Source: Arenicellales bacterium (GTDB lineage Bacteria > Pseudomonadota > Gammaproteobacteria > Arenicellales > CBDCFT01). From it: a DNA stretch of 64,000 nucleotides. The stretch is from NCBI GenBank assembly GCA_965216365.1, contig CBDCFT010000015.1, positions 185,106 through 249,105 of the forward strand. The letters are read 5' to 3'. Of the stretch, positions 40,298 through 50,151 are shown in pieces. Under the pieces are notes generated by a model. That model was not told the DNA's origin. It saw only the letters and a list, made by a program, of their open reading frames with translations, and made no database searches. A program made the translations under genes and the position numbers. The number at the start of each line of letters is the position of its first letter. Position 1 is the stretch's first letter.

Positions 40298-41176
40298 ATG
40301 CTGAAACCGAAAATTTTATACATTTTGATTGTTTCCGGCATGGCAGCGGCAATAGTTTCCATTGAATCCTCATTCAGTGCACAGCCATTTTTTAAAGATG
40401 CAAAATCCGTCGAATTCTCGAGCTACTTCTACGTTTATCCCCCAACACCTTTCGCGGTCAAAAGAGCTCAAAAGTTGGGAACTGAAGTAGAAGAGAAAAC
40501 GGAACCTAGCGTTCCGTTAACTGGTTATCTGATAAGACCAGAGAGCGAGAAACCTCACCCCGCTGTGGTTCTTCTGCATACTTGTTCTGGAATCACAGAT
40601 CACGAAGAGTACTGGACTGCTCAACTTGTTAGCTGGGGCTACGTCGTTTTGGTCGTGGATTCACTAACTCCCCGCGGTCAGAAGTACATCTGCGACGGCA
40701 GAGTAGGCTCAGTATCACCCTGGAACCGAGCCCTTGACGCCTTTGGCGCTAAAAAATACTTATCGAATCTTCCATTTGTCGATCCAAACCGCATCGCCGT
40801 AGTCGGAGCATCGCATGGCGGAATGGCCGTACTGGAGATAATCAAGCAATCGACCTCGGAGAATATACCAATTAGTCCATTTCGAGCCGCAGTTGCTTTT
40901 TACCCGCTGTGTGGTGAACCAGAATTGTTAAATGCCCCCACATTGGTGATGATTGGAGGCGCGGACAAGTGGACCCCAGCGGAACAATGCATCCAATACC
41001 TACAGAAACTGGAACAACCTCACGAAATGACTTTGAGAGTGTTCCCGGATGCTCACCATTTGTTTGATCATCCCGGGATTGATACTGAGGAACTCGGCTT
41101 TATTATTCGTTCTAACGTTGATGCTGCTCAACAAGCTATCCAGATGACTCGCGAGTTCTTGAGAGAGCAGTTGTAG
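40298..41176 (+). CDS. Dienelactone-hydrolase-family alpha/beta hydrolase (secreted)
   Basis: A signal peptide, the nucleophile elbow VVGASHGG, and a conserved DAHHLF C-terminal His; 292 aa. Confidence 0.75.
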   Translation: MLKPKILYILIVSGMAAAIVSIESSFSAQPFFKDAKSVEFSSYFYVYPPTPFAVKRAQKLGTEVEEKTEPSVPLTGYLIRPESEKPHPAVVLLHTCSGITDHEEYWTAQLVSWGYVVLVVDSLTPRGQKYICDGRVGSVSPWNRALDAFGAKKYLSNLPFVDPNRIAVVGASHGGMAVLEIIKQSTSENIPISPFRAAVAFYPLCGEPELLNAPTLVMIGGADKWTPAEQCIQYLQKLEQPHEMTLRVFPDAHHLFDHPGIDTEELGFIIRSNVDAAQQAIQMTREFLREQL

Positions 41177-41876
41177 TCCACGCTACACGAAATAGTAGCT
41201 CGCGTTTGGTGCATTCCGTTTAAGGACTCTTGCCCCACCTAAAAAACGGAGCTAAAAGCAAGTCAGCCATTTTGATGGAAGTGACAGATCACGTTGCGAA
41301 CAACATAGTCATCAAGAGTACCGCTTGTATTCAATGGATTTTCTACTGTACCGACTCTCAGTTCATTCCCGTTTTCTCCATCGGTTAGGTTCCTCCAGTC
41401 ATAGACACAGTTTGGGGATGCCAGTGATTTCGGTTTCCGTCGTTGTTGTTGAATAAATAACCGTTAGCGCCACGTCAAGGACGCCGTTAATTGATCGGGG
41501 AATAATGGCTGGTAAGCTTACGCCTTGAGCCATGACACGGCTCTTGCATTTGCTTGATCTTTTAGAATCTTCGGGATTTGTAGATGCTCACTGAATCAAG
41601 CTAGAAGCCCCCGCAGTTGATGATGCTCTACGACAGATAAGTCGCCATAGCCTCGCAAGTTATGAGTCGCGACGAGCATGCCAGTTTTACGCTTGGAGTT
41701 TGGGTCTATATCCAGAAGCGTAAAGCGAACATATGAAATTTGTTTCAGATAGAGCACACCTAACACCGCGCTAATCGGAAGATGCTGAGCAGCCTTCCGC
41801 ATTTTTTCGCCGTCTTGTTATCAGCGACAATAGCCCCGCCACTTTGAGTAGCACAAGCGGAATCAGTTGAAAACTA

Positions 41877-41915
41877 AGGGGTCGGAGTGATTTTTTCATC
41901 ACTCCGACTCCTTTA
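41877..41915. terminator. Perfect 11-bp inverted repeat (gtcggagtgat / atcactccgac) between convergent hydrolase and esterase genes
   Basis: A hairpin with loop ttttttc lying 3' of both convergent genes. Confidence 0.45.
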
Positions 41916-41919
41916 GGTA

Positions 41920-43365
41920 CTAATTGGTGTTACCGACGGACCACTGGAAAAAACGCCACATGATGTCCATGGGTTCATTACCGCCCGTGCTGGGATCCGT
42001 TCCTCCGCTCCAGTCATAAAACGCATAAGGGAAATGGGTGTCGCCAACATCGTCGCCAGGCGCTTCAGTATCCCACAGGCAGATCGCAAGCTTTTCACAG
42101 GTGCCGCCCTCCGCGTCCTTTGTAAAACAGTTGAATTTCTCCTGTCCGGCACCTTCCAGTGCTTCAAGCCTGCGGTATCCTTCGGGAACCACGCCACCTG
42201 GCTCCAATGCTCCATTCCGATCACCGGTATCTTCCGGTGCAAATCCGCAATCAGCATAACCGGAGTTGTTTTCCGCGTATTCTGCAAAGATCTGCAACAC
42301 GGCCGGATAGATCCAAATCGGATTCCATCCGCCACCGGCTGCGCCAGCAAAATCAGTGTAGGGCACACCATCATAGGGTTCGAACCGGTCGAATATTTCA
42401 TTGGCGTGTAATACCCAGGGCGAATCGCCTTCTTTTGGTGCTTGTATCCAACGGAGGTGATCTTCCTTTCCGGCCTGGTCCACACCATCCACAGGCAACA
42501 GAGCCTTAAACAAACCCGAAGTATCGGGATGCCGGGCCAACAGATGTGACATCAATCCACCATTCGAATAACCCGTCGCGAAAATCTGCCCCGGATCTAC
42601 ACATTGATTATCCATGGACCATTTAATGATCGCTCGAGTAAAATCAATCTCACGTTGCGTCGAAACTGCATCGTCTTCGTTGATATCGCCGCACCAGTCG
42701 CACGGAATGCCGTCTTCAAGCAGGCAACCGTCATCTGGAACCTGACAGGAGGGCACCGCCCAGTTATTCGCCGGACCAAATGCATAGTTGGTAGGGGTGT
42801 TATCGCCGGTTGGATAGAGACTGATAAAACCGACTGCCTCGCCTTTGGGTTCGAGCTTCCATTGCCACGAATCCGGGCCATTTCCACCAAATCCGTGGTA
42901 GCCCACAACGATCGGGCACGGCGTGCAGTCTTCTCCATCACAAGCACACTGACTTGGAACACTAATGTCAAGTTTGCGTCCACCGTAATTATTGCCATCA
43001 CCAACATCGAAGGGCAATGGTGGCTGCAATCCGGAATCGCCCACCATACAACCCAGTGACATCTGCTCACAGGGTAATTCTTCATTACCGGTGAGGCGCT
43101 GATAGTTGGATTTGATCCGGGTGCAGGCATTTTCCGACGCCGTGGGATCCCAGTCACAATCCATGGCTTCACAATAGGCATTGCACAATCCGAACGCTCT
43201 GCCTTTTTCAGAGTCACACACACTTGGATTAGAATTTTTGCTCTTACTTAGAGCAGGCGTTGACCATGGTATTGAGACCATTAAACAACATACTGCAATC
43301 AGACACACTTCCCGATTGAGGTCAGACAACGCGCGAGAAAAACTCAATTTAACGAAAGTCTTCAT
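41920..43365 (-). CDS. Secreted esterase of the PHB-depolymerase/feruloyl-esterase family with an N-terminal Cys-rich region
   Basis: 481 aa with a signal peptide, a GYSNGG nucleophile motif and many Cys in the first 150 aa. Confidence 0.65.
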   Translation of the reverse strand: MKTFVKLSFSRALSDLNREVCLIAVCCLMVSIPWSTPALSKSKNSNPSVCDSEKGRAFGLCNAYCEAMDCDWDPTASENACTRIKSNYQRLTGNEELPCEQMSLGCMVGDSGLQPPLPFDVGDGNNYGGRKLDISVPSQCACDGEDCTPCPIVVGYHGFGGNGPDSWQWKLEPKGEAVGFISLYPTGDNTPTNYAFGPANNWAVPSCQVPDDGCLLEDGIPCDWCGDINEDDAVSTQREIDFTRAIIKWSMDNQCVDPGQIFATGYSNGGLMSHLLARHPDTSGLFKALLPVDGVDQAGKEDHLRWIQAPKEGDSPWVLHANEIFDRFEPYDGVPYTDFAGAAGGGWNPIWIYPAVLQIFAEYAENNSGYADCGFAPEDTGDRNGALEPGGVVPEGYRRLEALEGAGQEKFNCFTKDAEGGTCEKLAICLWDTEAPGDDVGDTHFPYAFYDWSGGTDPSTGGNEPMDIMWRFFQWSVGNTN

Positions 43366-43788
43366 CTTAGTAGTCCTGATCTATTTGTAAGTGGAGGCGC
43401 CCTTGCAGTTTACCAGAGAACATCAGCGATATCCGAACCCTCTAATCTCTGATTCAACTCTATCTCTCTAATATTCCAGCAGCGAAAGGTAATTTTCGAG
43501 GGCCGGCCGGTCCAGGATTAAAGTAAAGTACATCATCCCTTATTTCATTCACCGGTGTGTGAGATTGTCAAAAAAAGAAAATGTCAAACCCCTCCTCAGT
43601 TTCGACTTCGAACTCGTCTGTATTGTGAATAAGGAAGAAGTATTTTCAGCTCTCGGTTTGTGCTGAAGTTCAACGAACACAACATCGTTGTCAACGCTGT
43701 GCTGCTTTTCGTTATCGCGAACAAAACGGAACCGGTAACAATCGTGAACAAGAGATAGTGCCGACGGACTTTAGATCAGGGCAGCAAG

Positions 43789-43840
43789 CGGCCAACTACG
43801 GACGGTATTCAGGTTTAAATTAACGGTCTGTTCTTAGGGC
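43789..43840. repeat. Copy R4 (partial) of the small repeat family
   Basis: cggccaactacggacggtattcagg...ggtctgttcttagggc. Confidence 0.45.
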
Positions 43841-44095
43841 ATTAGCAGTCATAGTCGTGTGCCCATTGAATCGATGAAATCATAGTTGATTTCATGAGTG
43901 AAGCATTGTGAGGCATTTAATAAAATGATCGATACGATATCTTCTGGGTTATAGACAGTTATGGATTTCGGTGGAATTGTGACTGAGGAGTTCCGGAAAC
44001 CCATTACGGTGTTTTTGTCCTTTTAAAAACTAAGCGCAATCCTAAGAACCTCCGTGACAGCGAAAATCAATCCAAAGCTCGCGTTCATCCATCAA

Positions 44096-44563
44096 CTATC
44101 GAAAAATCTGCGGCCGTGTTTTGAATAATCCGATAGCCATAAGAATGCAAAAGCCCCAAGGCATGATCAACATGGGTGCACCGGTTTCTAAGAAAAATCT
44201 TGTCACGCCATATGCATCATTTAAACCAACCCAAACGAAACTGAATAGCAAATACCACCAAGCCCACTTATAGCCATACCGAAGCGCGAAAAAAGAGACA
44301 AGAATGACCGCAAGTGCCGCTGAAACTATATTGATGCTTGCAAGGTCCGCCAACAACACAACAAGTGGACCCGCCTGTGGATCTACAGCGGCTAGATCGC
44401 CAAAACTAAAATTCAGATTGTGAATTAAAAACGTCCAAACGGAATCATGATTTGCGAAAGAAATTTTTGATGTCAACAGCATGAATAGTCCCGCCGTGAG
44501 CGGGATAAATCCCGCCGCCATTGTCCATTTCCAGCCAGTGATTTCATTGGATGTCGTGTTCAT
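44096..44563 (-). CDS. Hypothetical integral membrane protein (155 aa)
   Basis: Four predicted TM helices; no recognisable family. Confidence 0.5.
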   Translation of the reverse strand: MNTTSNEITGWKWTMAAGFIPLTAGLFMLLTSKISFANHDSVWTFLIHNLNFSFGDLAAVDPQAGPLVVLLADLASINIVSAALAVILVSFFALRYGYKWAWWYLLFSFVWVGLNDAYGVTRFFLETGAPMLIMPWGFCILMAIGLFKTRPQIFR

Positions 44564-44778
44564 GGCGCATCTTCCTCCTTCTCATTGACAAATGGTCTAA
44601 ATTCTACGGGGTACAGCCTGGAAGTTATCGAAACCAGGTGGTTTTTGATCGCATAACGTCCGCCTCCTATTCAATCCATTTTTGTTCAACTTTCCCTGAC
44701 GGGGTACAATCAACTTCCGATAGTTGCGTGAGTAATAATTCGCAACGGACACGTCGGAGTCCTACAGGAGAATCTACA

Positions 44779-44937
44779 TGACTGTTTGTCCAATTGCTAT
44801 TATGGCCGGCTGCAAAAAATGCCCGGCAGTCTCAGTGTGCCCTTTGAAGAGTGTCCTCGGCGACTACATGAAAGACAGTAGTGGCGAGCAGAGACCTCAG
44901 TCGAAGCCAATGAACTCAGATCAGGATAAGGACTAAG
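44779..44937 (+). CDS. Possible 52-aa CxxC-containing small protein
   Basis: caggagaatctacATG SD. Translation MTVCPIAIMAGCKKCPAVSVCPLKS... has 5 Cys. It is below the 60-aa cutoff of the ORF track. Confidence 0.3.
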
Positions 44938-45104
44938 CGCAATCCTACGGATCGCTGGGCTCGGTAGCGTACTGTTGAGGGGAGCGGGATTTGTACAGGA
45001 ATCATTAAGGTTGCTGTGTGTTCCAATCCAGACCCCATTTCGGCATGATGCATTAGACCGCTACAGTGGCTCGACCACGATCGTTTACGGTGACTCGTCA
45101 CTAT

Positions 45105-45187
45105 CGGCCAATTACGGACCCTTTGCTATGTAACTGAATAGGTCCGTTAGACACTCAAGAACAGACTCCATTGATCGCACTTAGCCC
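45105..45187. repeat. Copy R3 of the small repeat family
   Basis: cggccaattacggaccctttgctatgtaac...ggtccgttagacactcaagaac...attgatcgcacttagcc. Confidence 0.6.
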
Positions 45188-45255
45188 TAAGCGGACAAGA
45201 TACGTAGCGCGCAGTAGCTGTTGGGCATTAGCGCCTTGTTAGGCGGTGAATTTCT

Positions 45256-45627
45256 TTAGAGCGAACCATCCGCATCATGGACTTCGTGCCCAGTAAGTGC
45301 CGGATAAAAAGTACAAATCAATCGCATCTGCGTCTTAGCTCTGATTCGGTGTCGATCATGATTATTCATCGCATAAAGTGTACCTGGCCTTATCTCGTGT
45401 ACTGTCCCTGAATCCACTTCCTCAACGGTTCCCTCACCTTCCAAGCAATAACAGGCTTCCAAATGATTCTTTTGCCATAACTGCATCTCAAATCCAGCCT
45501 CTAGAATCGAATCGGTTAAAGTGACCTGCATGCCATCTTCTTCATGGAGTAACCGAAAACTATGCCAGCGTTCTCCACTTGAATCACCTTTTGTACCAAC
45601 GATGTCGTCTTTTGTTCTAATAATCAT
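45256..45627 (-). CDS. Ectoine-synthase-like cupin (EctC family), orphan
   Basis: 123 aa with ...EACYCLEGEGTVEEVDSGTVHEIRPGTLYAMNNHDRHRIRAKTQMRLICTFYPALTGHEVHDADGS, collinear with EctC. No ectAB nearby. Confidence 0.75.
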   Translation of the reverse strand: MIIRTKDDIVGTKGDSSGERWHSFRLLHEEDGMQVTLTDSILEAGFEMQLWQKNHLEACYCLEGEGTVEEVDSGTVHEIRPGTLYAMNNHDRHRIRAKTQMRLICTFYPALTGHEVHDADGSL

Positions 45628-45805
45628 GATGGTGAACCTCGCTCTTTATTGGAAAATCTGAGAGGTATTTTGGCCGAATAGCAGTTGTATATGAGGGCTC
45701 CCCGGTTTGTTTTTATGGTCCTATTATACAATTTCCGATATGTCTATTCTCAAAGCTTCAATGCTTAGTCACCGCATCATATGACAAAATATCGTTATTT
45801 CTTTC

Positions 45806-47563
45806 GTGTGCCTTGAAATTTACAAAATGAAGCGAAAACTCGCCGCAATATTGTATGCCGACGTAGCCGGATATAGCAGGCTTACTGATGCAGACGAAGA
45901 AGCGACTCATATGCGACTAGATGCAGGGCTTGATCGCCTCACCGAACTGGTCGAAGCAAGCGGAGGGAAAAAAGTACATGAAGCGGGTGATGCCATACTC
46001 GCTGAATTCGAGAGCGTTATAGCCGCCGTGCAATCAGCCATCAATTTTCAGATTCAGATGTCTGAAGTAAATGCAGAGCTCGATGATGAAGATCGATTTG
46101 AATTCAGAATTGGCATTAATCTCGGAGAGGTCATGCATGACCGGGATGATATTTATGGGGATGGTGTAAACCTTGCCGCTCGTATTCAGGATATCGCAGA
46201 TCCCGGTGGCATTTGCATTTCCGGTAAGGTTTTCGACGAGGTAAATAACAAAGTCAAATGCGGATTCGACGACTTGGGCGAGAAACAGGTCAAAAATATT
46301 AAGAATCCCGTTAGGCTATACCGGGTCGTGTTCGATAACACGCCTGTTCGAACTATTAAAGAAGCGAAGCTTTTTAAGAAGCCCGCAGTGGCTGTGTTGC
46401 CGTTCGACAACCTTTCCGGAGACCCCGAACAGGAATATTTCAGCGACGGATTAAGTGAAGATATCATAACGTTGTTATCGGCCTGGCGTTCATTTCCCGT
46501 CGTTGCGCGCAACTCTAGTTTTGTCTTCAAGGGCCAGCATCGAGACGTAAGGCAAATCGGTCTTGAACTCTCGGCTCGCTATGTTATTGAAGGGAGCGTG
46601 CGCAAAAGCGGTGATCGCGTGCGTGTAACCGCACAATTAATTGATGCCGAGACGGGCCATCATTTATGGGCTGAGAAATTTGACGGATTACTCGATGATA
46701 TTTTTGAAATTCAAGACAATATAACTTTGCAAATTGTCTCATTAGTTGAACCACAATTAGAGGAAGCTGAGCGCAACAAGACGGCAACGTTACGATCTTC
46801 CAACTTAAGCGCATGGAACTACTATTTACAAGGCAGGGCTCTTCTGCACAAGCTGACCGCTGAGGGAACTGTTGAAGCGCGCCAACTCTTTGAGAAAGCT
46901 ATTCAACTAGACCCTCAATACAGTGACGCCTATGCTGGTCTTTCGTATACCTATCAGCGAGAGATCTTACTAGAAGTTACTGATGATCGGATCGGCTGGG
47001 AGAAAAAAGCACTTGAAGCAGCACAACGAGCCGTTGAGCTCGATAATGGGTCTTCTTTAGCGCATTTGGCATTGGGCGGAGCCTATATCTGGTCAAATCA
47101 ACATGAATTGTCCGTAGCGGAGACTCGGACTGCAGTAGAGCGCAATCCAAGTAATGTATTGGCTCGACTGGCGTTAGGCAACCGGTTAGACATCGTGGGT
47201 AAGTCTGATGAGGGAATACCGCTTTTGAAGAAATCCCTTGAACTCAACCCTCTCGATCCGCACGGCCATATCTATTTTACACAGCTGGCGCGCGCCTACA
47301 TTAATGCACGAGACTACCAGAACGCTTTATTCTACTTGCAAGAATCAATTCGACGAAAACCCGAATATCCGCACACCTATCATGTGTTGGCAATTTGCTT
47401 GGGCCATCTTGATCGTATTGAAGAGGCAAGAGATGCTGCTGCTAAGTGTGAGCAATTACACTTGGGTTTTATCAATAAGCGAGCACACTGGAATATTTAT
47501 TTGGATGCAAAAGCAAACGAGCACCTTACTGACGGCCTGCGAAAAGCTGGCTTGGTTGAATGA
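45806..47563 (+). CDS. Class III adenylate/guanylate cyclase (CHD) fused to TPR repeats
   Basis: N-terminal AILYADVAGYSRL...GDAILAEF...RIGINLGEV...GDGVNLAARIQ cyclase core with a C-terminal TPR array. The start may be ATG at 45827. Confidence 0.85.
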   Translation: MCLEIYKMKRKLAAILYADVAGYSRLTDADEEATHMRLDAGLDRLTELVEASGGKKVHEAGDAILAEFESVIAAVQSAINFQIQMSEVNAELDDEDRFEFRIGINLGEVMHDRDDIYGDGVNLAARIQDIADPGGICISGKVFDEVNNKVKCGFDDLGEKQVKNIKNPVRLYRVVFDNTPVRTIKEAKLFKKPAVAVLPFDNLSGDPEQEYFSDGLSEDIITLLSAWRSFPVVARNSSFVFKGQHRDVRQIGLELSARYVIEGSVRKSGDRVRVTAQLIDAETGHHLWAEKFDGLLDDIFEIQDNITLQIVSLVEPQLEEAERNKTATLRSSNLSAWNYYLQGRALLHKLTAEGTVEARQLFEKAIQLDPQYSDAYAGLSYTYQREILLEVTDDRIGWEKKALEAAQRAVELDNGSSLAHLALGGAYIWSNQHELSVAETRTAVERNPSNVLARLALGNRLDIVGKSDEGIPLLKKSLELNPLDPHGHIYFTQLARAYINARDYQNALFYLQESIRRKPEYPHTYHVLAICLGHLDRIEEARDAAAKCEQLHLGFINKRAHWNIYLDAKANEHLTDGLRKAGLVE

Positions 47564-47913
47564 CAGCGAGACCGATAATTAATAACGATGCTTTGTCTGA
47601 TCATTTGAAGATGGCTAAGAGTAGTGCTTTCAATATTGACTATTTTGATGCTTGATTCGCAGCCATTCGGCTGACAGTCTACCTTCGAGTAACAAAAAAA
47701 CAACGTCTCAAAGTTGCCCACTTCAGCCATTAACTAACCTGCCAAATGAAGTCATATTAGCCAAGGACAAATATTTGCAAATCACCGGAAAGGCGACCTC
47801 AATTGCGTCTATGGTGTATTGTTTTACTCCCTTTTGCCTTGGGAACTTGCTATCCTGCTTTCGGATAGATGACAGAAACATTATCCCATGTTTGGGAGAG
47901 GAGGATAACCAAA

Positions 47914-48474
47914 ATGGCCAATTCATACTCTTTTCTACAGTATGTCAGTGACTTGAAAAAGATTACTAAGGAAACCACCGATGAGGCGGAAATTATTAGT
48001 CGGGTTGCTCCACTGGCCGAGCGCTTGGTAACTGACAAATCATGGCTGCAACAAAAATATTATGAAACCGATGAAGAACAGGGATTTGGTGTACACCTAT
48101 TGCATGAGGAACCGGACCATACGCTCGCCATTTTGATGGTTAGCTGGTTACCAGGTCGAGGCACGCCTCCGCACGATCATGGAACTTGGGCCGTGGTTGC
48201 GGGTGTCGAAGGCACGGAGAGAAATATCCGATATAAGAGGTTGGATGATGGCAGTCGGCCAGGCTACGCCGAGCTAGAAGTAAAACATGACTTTAACGCC
48301 GATGAAGGGGATGTGGTTTCTATAAAAAATAGTGGAATCCATGCAGTTATCAATGAAACCGATAGCATAACCTTGTCATTACATACATATGGAAAGCACA
48401 TAAACTATACAAACCGATCACAGTTTAACGTCGAAACCAATGAACAAAAGGAATATATTGTTAGGGTAGAGTAA
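47914..48474 (+). CDS. Second cysteine-dioxygenase type I family cupin (thiol dioxygenase-like)
   Basis: PPHDHGTWAVVAGVEGTE HxH motif. A strong SD (ggagaggagg) precedes ATG at 47914; the ORF track starts earlier, at 47869. Confidence 0.7.
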   Translation: MANSYSFLQYVSDLKKITKETTDEAEIISRVAPLAERLVTDKSWLQQKYYETDEEQGFGVHLLHEEPDHTLAILMVSWLPGRGTPPHDHGTWAVVAGVEGTERNIRYKRLDDGSRPGYAELEVKHDFNADEGDVVSIKNSGIHAVINETDSITLSLHTYGKHINYTNRSQFNVETNEQKEYIVRVE

Positions 48475-48619
48475 GTAGAAGAACGACCGTATCGAGTATA
48501 CAACGGAAGCTTTGGGAAGTTACTAGAAAGGTTCGTTACGGGTCGTTTTTACCAGTTCGCTGACAACGGATTCTTGTTCGATGAATTCGTTTGGACGACA
48601 GAGTACTTACGGCCAATAT

Positions 48620-49964
48620 GAGACCCTGACCCTGTAAATAATTCTGTGTAACCGCCCATAGATGGGTTTACAGGTGTTGAGTGATTCGATCACCAAACTC
48701 AATACTAAATCGGTTTAACGCAAGCTTCCAGTTCTGAATCGGCATGGTCCATTTCTTGGATGCTTGGTTGATTGCCAGATAGACAACTTTCAAAGCAGAA
48801 TCATCTGTCGGGAACAGCTTTCGTTTCTTCGTCGCTTTACGAATCACACTGTTCAATGACTCGATTGCATTCGTCGTGTAGATCGCTTTGCGGATCTGTG
48901 GGGGATAATCGAAGATCGTGATCAGGTTCAGCCAGTGATCGCGCCAGGACTTGCTGATCTGCGGATATTTGTCATCCCAAGTATCTGCAAAGTTCTCCAG
49001 CGCCGCACTGGCTTCAGCTTCTGAAGCCGACTGATAAATCTTCTTGAGATCAGCCGTTACCCCTTTGTAATCTTTCCAAGGCACTAGCTTCAGGGAATTC
49101 CGAATCATGTGGACGATACACAGTTGCACCTTGGTGTTCGGATATTCCGCCGCTATCGCATCGGGAAAGCCTTTCAGGCCATCCACGCTGGCAATCAGGA
49201 TGTCCTCCAATCCTCGTGTCTTCAGCTCGGTCAGAACAGACAGCCAGAACTTGGCGCCCTCCGTTTCCGCTAGCCACATACCCAGTAATTCCTTATGCCC
49301 TTGCAAATTGATACCGAGAGCCAGATACAGAGACTTGTTGATCACCTGCTTGTCCTGGCGGATTTTCAGTACGATACAGTCCAGGTAAACCACAGGATAA
49401 ATGGCATCCAGAGGCCGGTGCTGCCACTCGACGACCTGATCCAGAACACGATCCGTGACCTTAGAGATCAGCGTTGGCGAGACATCGGCGTCATACAATT
49501 CCTTGAAGCTATCGACGATTTCACGGGGGGTCAAACCCTTAGCGTAAAGAAACAGAATCTGCTCATCCATCTGAGTGAGGCGGGTTTGACCTTTCTTGAT
49601 AAATTCGGGTTCAAACGTCCCGTTACGATCTCTGGGTGTGTCGATCTCGACTTCACCGTGATCGCCCTTGAGGAGCTTAGGGGTGACGCCATTGCGGCTA
49701 TTCCCGCTGCCACGGCCCTTGAGATCGTGTTTAGCGTAACCAAGGTGTTCTTCCATCTCAGCGCCTAGGGCCGTCTCTACAGTGAGTTTGAGAAGCTGTG
49801 AGCTCAGAGCGCTCAGGTCTTTCTCGGATTTGATGTCTTTGGCTAATTCAGCAGCCAGCTCCTTGAGTCTTTTCTCGTCCAAAACAATACTCATGATGTT
49901 TGTCTCCAGTGTAAGATAAGTTAATCATGAGCGGTTACACAATTTAATTTACAGGGTCGAGACC
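48620..49964 (-). mobile_element. IS256-family insertion sequence (~1345 bp) with imperfect terminal inverted repeats
   Basis: IRL gagaccctgaccctgtaaataattctgtgtaaccgc (48620–48655) pairs with the reverse complement of IRR gcggttacacaatttaatttacagggtcgagaccc (49930–49964). It encloses one transposase ORF. Confidence 0.8.
48668..49894 (-). CDS. IS256-family (mutator-type) transposase
   Basis: 408 aa with ...DAIYPVVYLDCIVLKIR... and ...ASVDGLKGFPDAI...CIVHMIRNS..., the IS256 DDE signature regions. Confidence 0.9.
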   Translation of the reverse strand: MSIVLDEKRLKELAAELAKDIKSEKDLSALSSQLLKLTVETALGAEMEEHLGYAKHDLKGRGSGNSRNGVTPKLLKGDHGEVEIDTPRDRNGTFEPEFIKKGQTRLTQMDEQILFLYAKGLTPREIVDSFKELYDADVSPTLISKVTDRVLDQVVEWQHRPLDAIYPVVYLDCIVLKIRQDKQVINKSLYLALGINLQGHKELLGMWLAETEGAKFWLSVLTELKTRGLEDILIASVDGLKGFPDAIAAEYPNTKVQLCIVHMIRNSLKLVPWKDYKGVTADLKKIYQSASEAEASAALENFADTWDDKYPQISKSWRDHWLNLITIFDYPPQIRKAIYTTNAIESLNSVIRKATKKRKLFPTDDSALKVVYLAINQASKKWTMPIQNWKLALNRFSIEFGDRITQHL

Positions 49965-50151
49965 CTTTTTATCAATCTAATCTACGTCTGCTTTCTGTTG
50001 TATAGCAGCCACACATTTCCGCAGCCATATTTTACTTCCTCCATGGCGTTCGATTTTACAATTGACATGGCGGTGAAAGTACTCAAGGCGGGCAATGTGC
50101 CATTCCCCATGTAGTGTCTTACGGGATACCGTGAGGTTTTGTAACCATTGT

